DNA of 64,000 bases, from assembly GCA_031411295.1 (NCBI GenBank), contig JANOAV010000174.1, positions 1 to 64,000 on the forward strand, read 5' to 3'. Shown piece after piece: positions 61,171 to 64,000 of this stretch. The stretch comes from Verrucomicrobiales bacterium (GTDB lineage Bacteria; Verrucomicrobiota; Verrucomicrobiia; Verrucomicrobiales; V1-33). The notes under the pieces are model-generated. The model was not told where the DNA came from and did not search any database. It worked only from the letters and a program-made list of their open reading frames with translations. A program made the position numbers and the translations under genes. Every line of letters starts with the position of its first letter. The first letter of the stretch is position 1.

Positions 61171-61232
61171 GAATGTGGATCAGCCCGCCGGGCTGATCTA
61201 GCATGAGCAGCCCAGCGGGCTGCTCCACATTC
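61171..61232. repeat. inverted REP doublet
   Basis: gaatgtggatcagcccgccgggctgatc and reverse complement of gaatgtggagcagcccgctgggctgctc (25 of 28 match); each arm is itself a hairpin. Confidence 0.8.
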
Positions 61233-61250
61233 AACCGAGCAAGGTTGTTC

Positions 61251-63527
61251 ATGAAAAAACTCTTCTCCAAGCGACGACTGCTACGCTGGGCGCTTTGCCT
61301 GGTGGGGCTCTGCTTGCTTTGCTATTATGCGCTGCCGTGGGTGATGCCGTTGCCGCCTAGCTTGTTGGTGCCGCCGGTCCAAGGACAAGAAATCACGGAT
61401 CGGCATGGGAAGGTGTTGCGAAAGTTGTTGGTGAATGGGCAGCGCACGAACGGGGTTTTGCCACTCGCGGAGATTCCGCAGGCATTGCAGCAAGCGACCT
61501 TGGCAGCAGAGGATAAACGTTTCTATGCCCATGGCGGAATCGATTTCCTCAGCCTGGCACGGGCGCTGCGGGATGCGGTGGCGCACGGGCGTTCTACTTC
61601 CGGAGCGTCGACGATTACGCAGCAACTCATCAAAATTTCCCAACCCCGACCCCGCACGCTCTGGACGAAGGTGGTGGAAATGTTAACTGCGCGACGTTTG
61701 GAAATGATGTGGAGCAAGGAGCGGATCTTGGCAGAGTATCTGAATCGATTGGACTATGGCAATCTGCGGAAAGGCTGTGCCGTGGCGGCTCAGGGGTATT
61801 TTTCGAAACCCCTGCGCGACTGCTCGGTGGCGGAATGCGCGTTGCTGGCTGGGTTGCCGCAAGCGCCCTCTCGGCTAAATCCCTATCAACATCCTGATCG
61901 GGCCAAAAAACGCCAGGCTTATGTGCTGGAACGCCTGCGGGAACTGAGAAATGTCTCCGCAGAGGAATGGCAGCGCGCCACAGATCAACCACTGCAGTTC
62001 CAGCGGGACTATGGGGAATTCCTCGCTCCGCACTTCGCAGAAATGGTGCTGGCCTCCGCCGAGAAACTGCCGCAGACGGCTACCAGCATTGATTTGACGT
62101 TACAGGACTTCTGCGAGCGCATGATCCGGGATCGCTTGGCCGCGTTAAAAGAACATCACGTTGAGCAAGCGGCTTGCGTGGTGATCGACAATGCGAGCGG
62201 CGGGATTCGTGCGCTGGTGGGAAGCCGGGAATTCCAACAACAGCAGGTGAATGGAGCGCTGGCGAAGCGCTCGCCCGGTTCCGCGCTGAAGCCGTTTACC
62301 TACTTGCTGGCGATGCAGGCGGACGATTCTCCCAGCACGATGGTGGATGATTTGCCAATTGAGTTCGCCACCCCCACCGGGCTCTACAAACCCAAGAATT
62401 ATTCTGGGCGCACTTATGGTCCCGTGAGCTATCGCGTGGCGCTGGCCAATAGTTTGAATCTGGCTGCAGTGCGGGTGTTGGATAAGATCGGCGGTGCGGA
62501 ATCCTTGATTTCCGCGCTGCGAGCCGCAGGTCTGAAAACGCTCACGCGCTCTGCCGCGGACTATGGATTGGGGCTCACGATTGGTGGTGGTGAAGTGAAA
62601 CTATTGGAACTAGCAACTGCCTATGCCTGCCTGGCCCGACAAGGGATTTACCTGCCGGTAAATCTCTGGAACACCCAACCGGATGAGGATTCCGGGCTGC
62701 GTATTTTCGATCCGACCGCGTGCTATCTACTGGCAGACATCATGGCGGACAACGACGCGCGGGTCCGCAGTTTCGGTAGTCGCAGCGCGTTGCGCCTGCC
62801 TTTCCCTGTGGCGGTCAAAACAGGCACCAGCACCGACTATCGCGACAACTGGACGATTGGATTTACGCCGCAATACACCGTGGCCGTCTGGGTGGGCAAC
62901 TTCGACGGCAGTGCCATGCAGGGTGTGAGTGGCGTGACCGGAGCCGGCCCCATTTTCCGAGACCTCTTCATTTATCTCAACGCTCAGGAGCGTCAGACGT
63001 GGTATGAACCATCGGATCGCATTGTGACCGCGCAAGTGGATCCCCTAACGGGTCGCCCGGTGTCTGCGGAACTAGCGGGGAAACGTGAAGTGAAGGAGGA
63101 GAAATTTCACCGGAACAATGTTCCCATGGAATCCCTGCCTGGGCAATACGATGCTAGGGGCCGTCTCTTCCTGCCAAGGGCCTACGCCAGTTGGTTGGAT
63201 TCGCCTGACAACTGGCTGGGAGATGCCGCTGCCCTCGCTCCCGAGGACAACCCGCTGAATCGACAAGTCACGACGTTGCGCATCCAAGTGCCATTGCCTG
63301 GCACCACTTTCCTGCTGGATCCCGACCTCACGGCTCAAGGCCAAATGTTGTTTCTCAAAGCCAACACCCCCGCTCATGAACTGCGTTGGAGTTCCGAGAC
63401 CCTAGCTATTTCCAAAGTGGAAGGCCGTCCCCAAGCAAAACTGCTAGTGGGAGATCACACCCTCACGGTAGAAAACGTCCGCACCAAGGAAACCCAGAGC
63501 ACGAGGATTCAAGTGAGACGGTTGTAG
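61251..63527 (+). CDS. pbpC: penicillin-binding protein 1C
   Basis: EDKRFYAHGG, GASTITQQL transglycosylase motifs; SALK, SLN, KTG transpeptidase motifs; C-terminal beta domain. Confidence 0.9.
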   Translation: MKKLFSKRRLLRWALCLVGLCLLCYYALPWVMPLPPSLLVPPVQGQEITDRHGKVLRKLLVNGQRTNGVLPLAEIPQALQQATLAAEDKRFYAHGGIDFLSLARALRDAVAHGRSTSGASTITQQLIKISQPRPRTLWTKVVEMLTARRLEMMWSKERILAEYLNRLDYGNLRKGCAVAAQGYFSKPLRDCSVAECALLAGLPQAPSRLNPYQHPDRAKKRQAYVLERLRELRNVSAEEWQRATDQPLQFQRDYGEFLAPHFAEMVLASAEKLPQTATSIDLTLQDFCERMIRDRLAALKEHHVEQAACVVIDNASGGIRALVGSREFQQQQVNGALAKRSPGSALKPFTYLLAMQADDSPSTMVDDLPIEFATPTGLYKPKNYSGRTYGPVSYRVALANSLNLAAVRVLDKIGGAESLISALRAAGLKTLTRSAADYGLGLTIGGGEVKLLELATAYACLARQGIYLPVNLWNTQPDEDSGLRIFDPTACYLLADIMADNDARVRSFGSRSALRLPFPVAVKTGTSTDYRDNWTIGFTPQYTVAVWVGNFDGSAMQGVSGVTGAGPIFRDLFIYLNAQERQTWYEPSDRIVTAQVDPLTGRPVSAELAGKREVKEEKFHRNNVPMESLPGQYDARGRLFLPRAYASWLDSPDNWLGDAAALAPEDNPLNRQVTTLRIQVPLPGTTFLLDPDLTAQGQMLFLKANTPAHELRWSSETLAISKVEGRPQAKLLVGDHTLTVENVRTKETQSTRIQVRRL

Positions 63528-63548
63528 TCGAAAGGTGGCCTGTTGACT

Positions 63549-64000
63549 CTAGCCATTCAACGTCCAGCCTTCGCGATACTTCCGGCTTAGGAATTCGTTG
63601 GCTTCGGGGCAGTCGGTGACTTTGCCAGTGGCTCCGTCGTATTGGATCTTCTTGCCGACGCGATAGGCCACCAAACCCAGCAGCATTTGCTCGATCATTT
63701 CGCTGCTGTATTCAAAGTCGCATGCGGTCTTCTTGGAGGGATCTTTGCAGGCATCGAACCACTGCTTTTGGAAGTGGCCCACCGGCGGGAGCACTGTTTC
63801 CGCAGTGCGTGGCTTGTAGTAAGCTAGGTCAGCGTTGTCTCCAAAAGGAATGATCATGCGACTGTCGAAGTCGCCCACGAGGAAGCCCTTGGTCCCTTTG
63901 AACATGGCACCATGGTCGATGGCTTTAAGGTCGATGAACTTCTTCGGTGCGCGCGGCATGGCCCCGCCTTGATACCAGCTCACGGTGATCGGGCCGCGCC
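63549..64000 (-). CDS. Gfo/Idh/MocA family oxidoreductase, C-terminal part only
   Basis: WYQGG, FKGTKG, H..QWFDACK, CDFEYS, YREGW end. Confidence 0.75.
   Translation of the reverse strand, partial: RGPITVSWYQGGAMPRAPKKFIDLKAIDHGAMFKGTKGFLVGDFDSRMIIPFGDNADLAYYKPRTAETVLPPVGHFQKQWFDACKDPSKKTACDFEYSSEMIEQMLLGLVAYRVGKKIQYDGATGKVTDCPEANEFLSRKYREGWTLNG

Noticed and set aside
60889..61250. tRNA-Asp as an integration site
   Set aside because: No integrase and no duplicated tRNA 3' end seen in the window

Overview
GC-rich bacterial chromosomal segment, very likely Verrucomicrobiota/PVC (inferred from three DUF1501 genes, a DUF1549/DUF1553 gene, a PEP-CTERM protein, CotH/lamin-tail giants and typical short palindromic repeats). 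Housekeeping genes include ilvN-ilvC, a cysJ-like reductase, lpxK, atpD-atpC, ispH-eda, ndk, E1 alpha/beta, purU, kdsA-lptC/A/B-hpf, tRNA-Asp(GTC) and pbpC. The most unusual part is an AT-richer island at about 17.3-22.2 kb. It holds two tandem cassettes, each with the same promoter and a near-identical twin-arginine leader fused to an unrelated mature protein, followed by tightly coupled membrane/secreted partner genes. A roughly 370-bp direct repeat, which also duplicates the 5' end of the divergent glycosyltransferase gene, marks the cassettes; this looks like a polymorphic Tat effector/partner array that grows by recombination. The two adjacent glycosyltransferases carry several in-frame REP-like palindromic insertions. 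A second candidate system is a PEP-CTERM protein whose whole mature region is homologous to the N-terminus of the adjacent secreted CotH-type kinase. No CRISPR array, rRNA, integrase or transposase was seen. All family calls come from motif recognition by eye; no database search was run.
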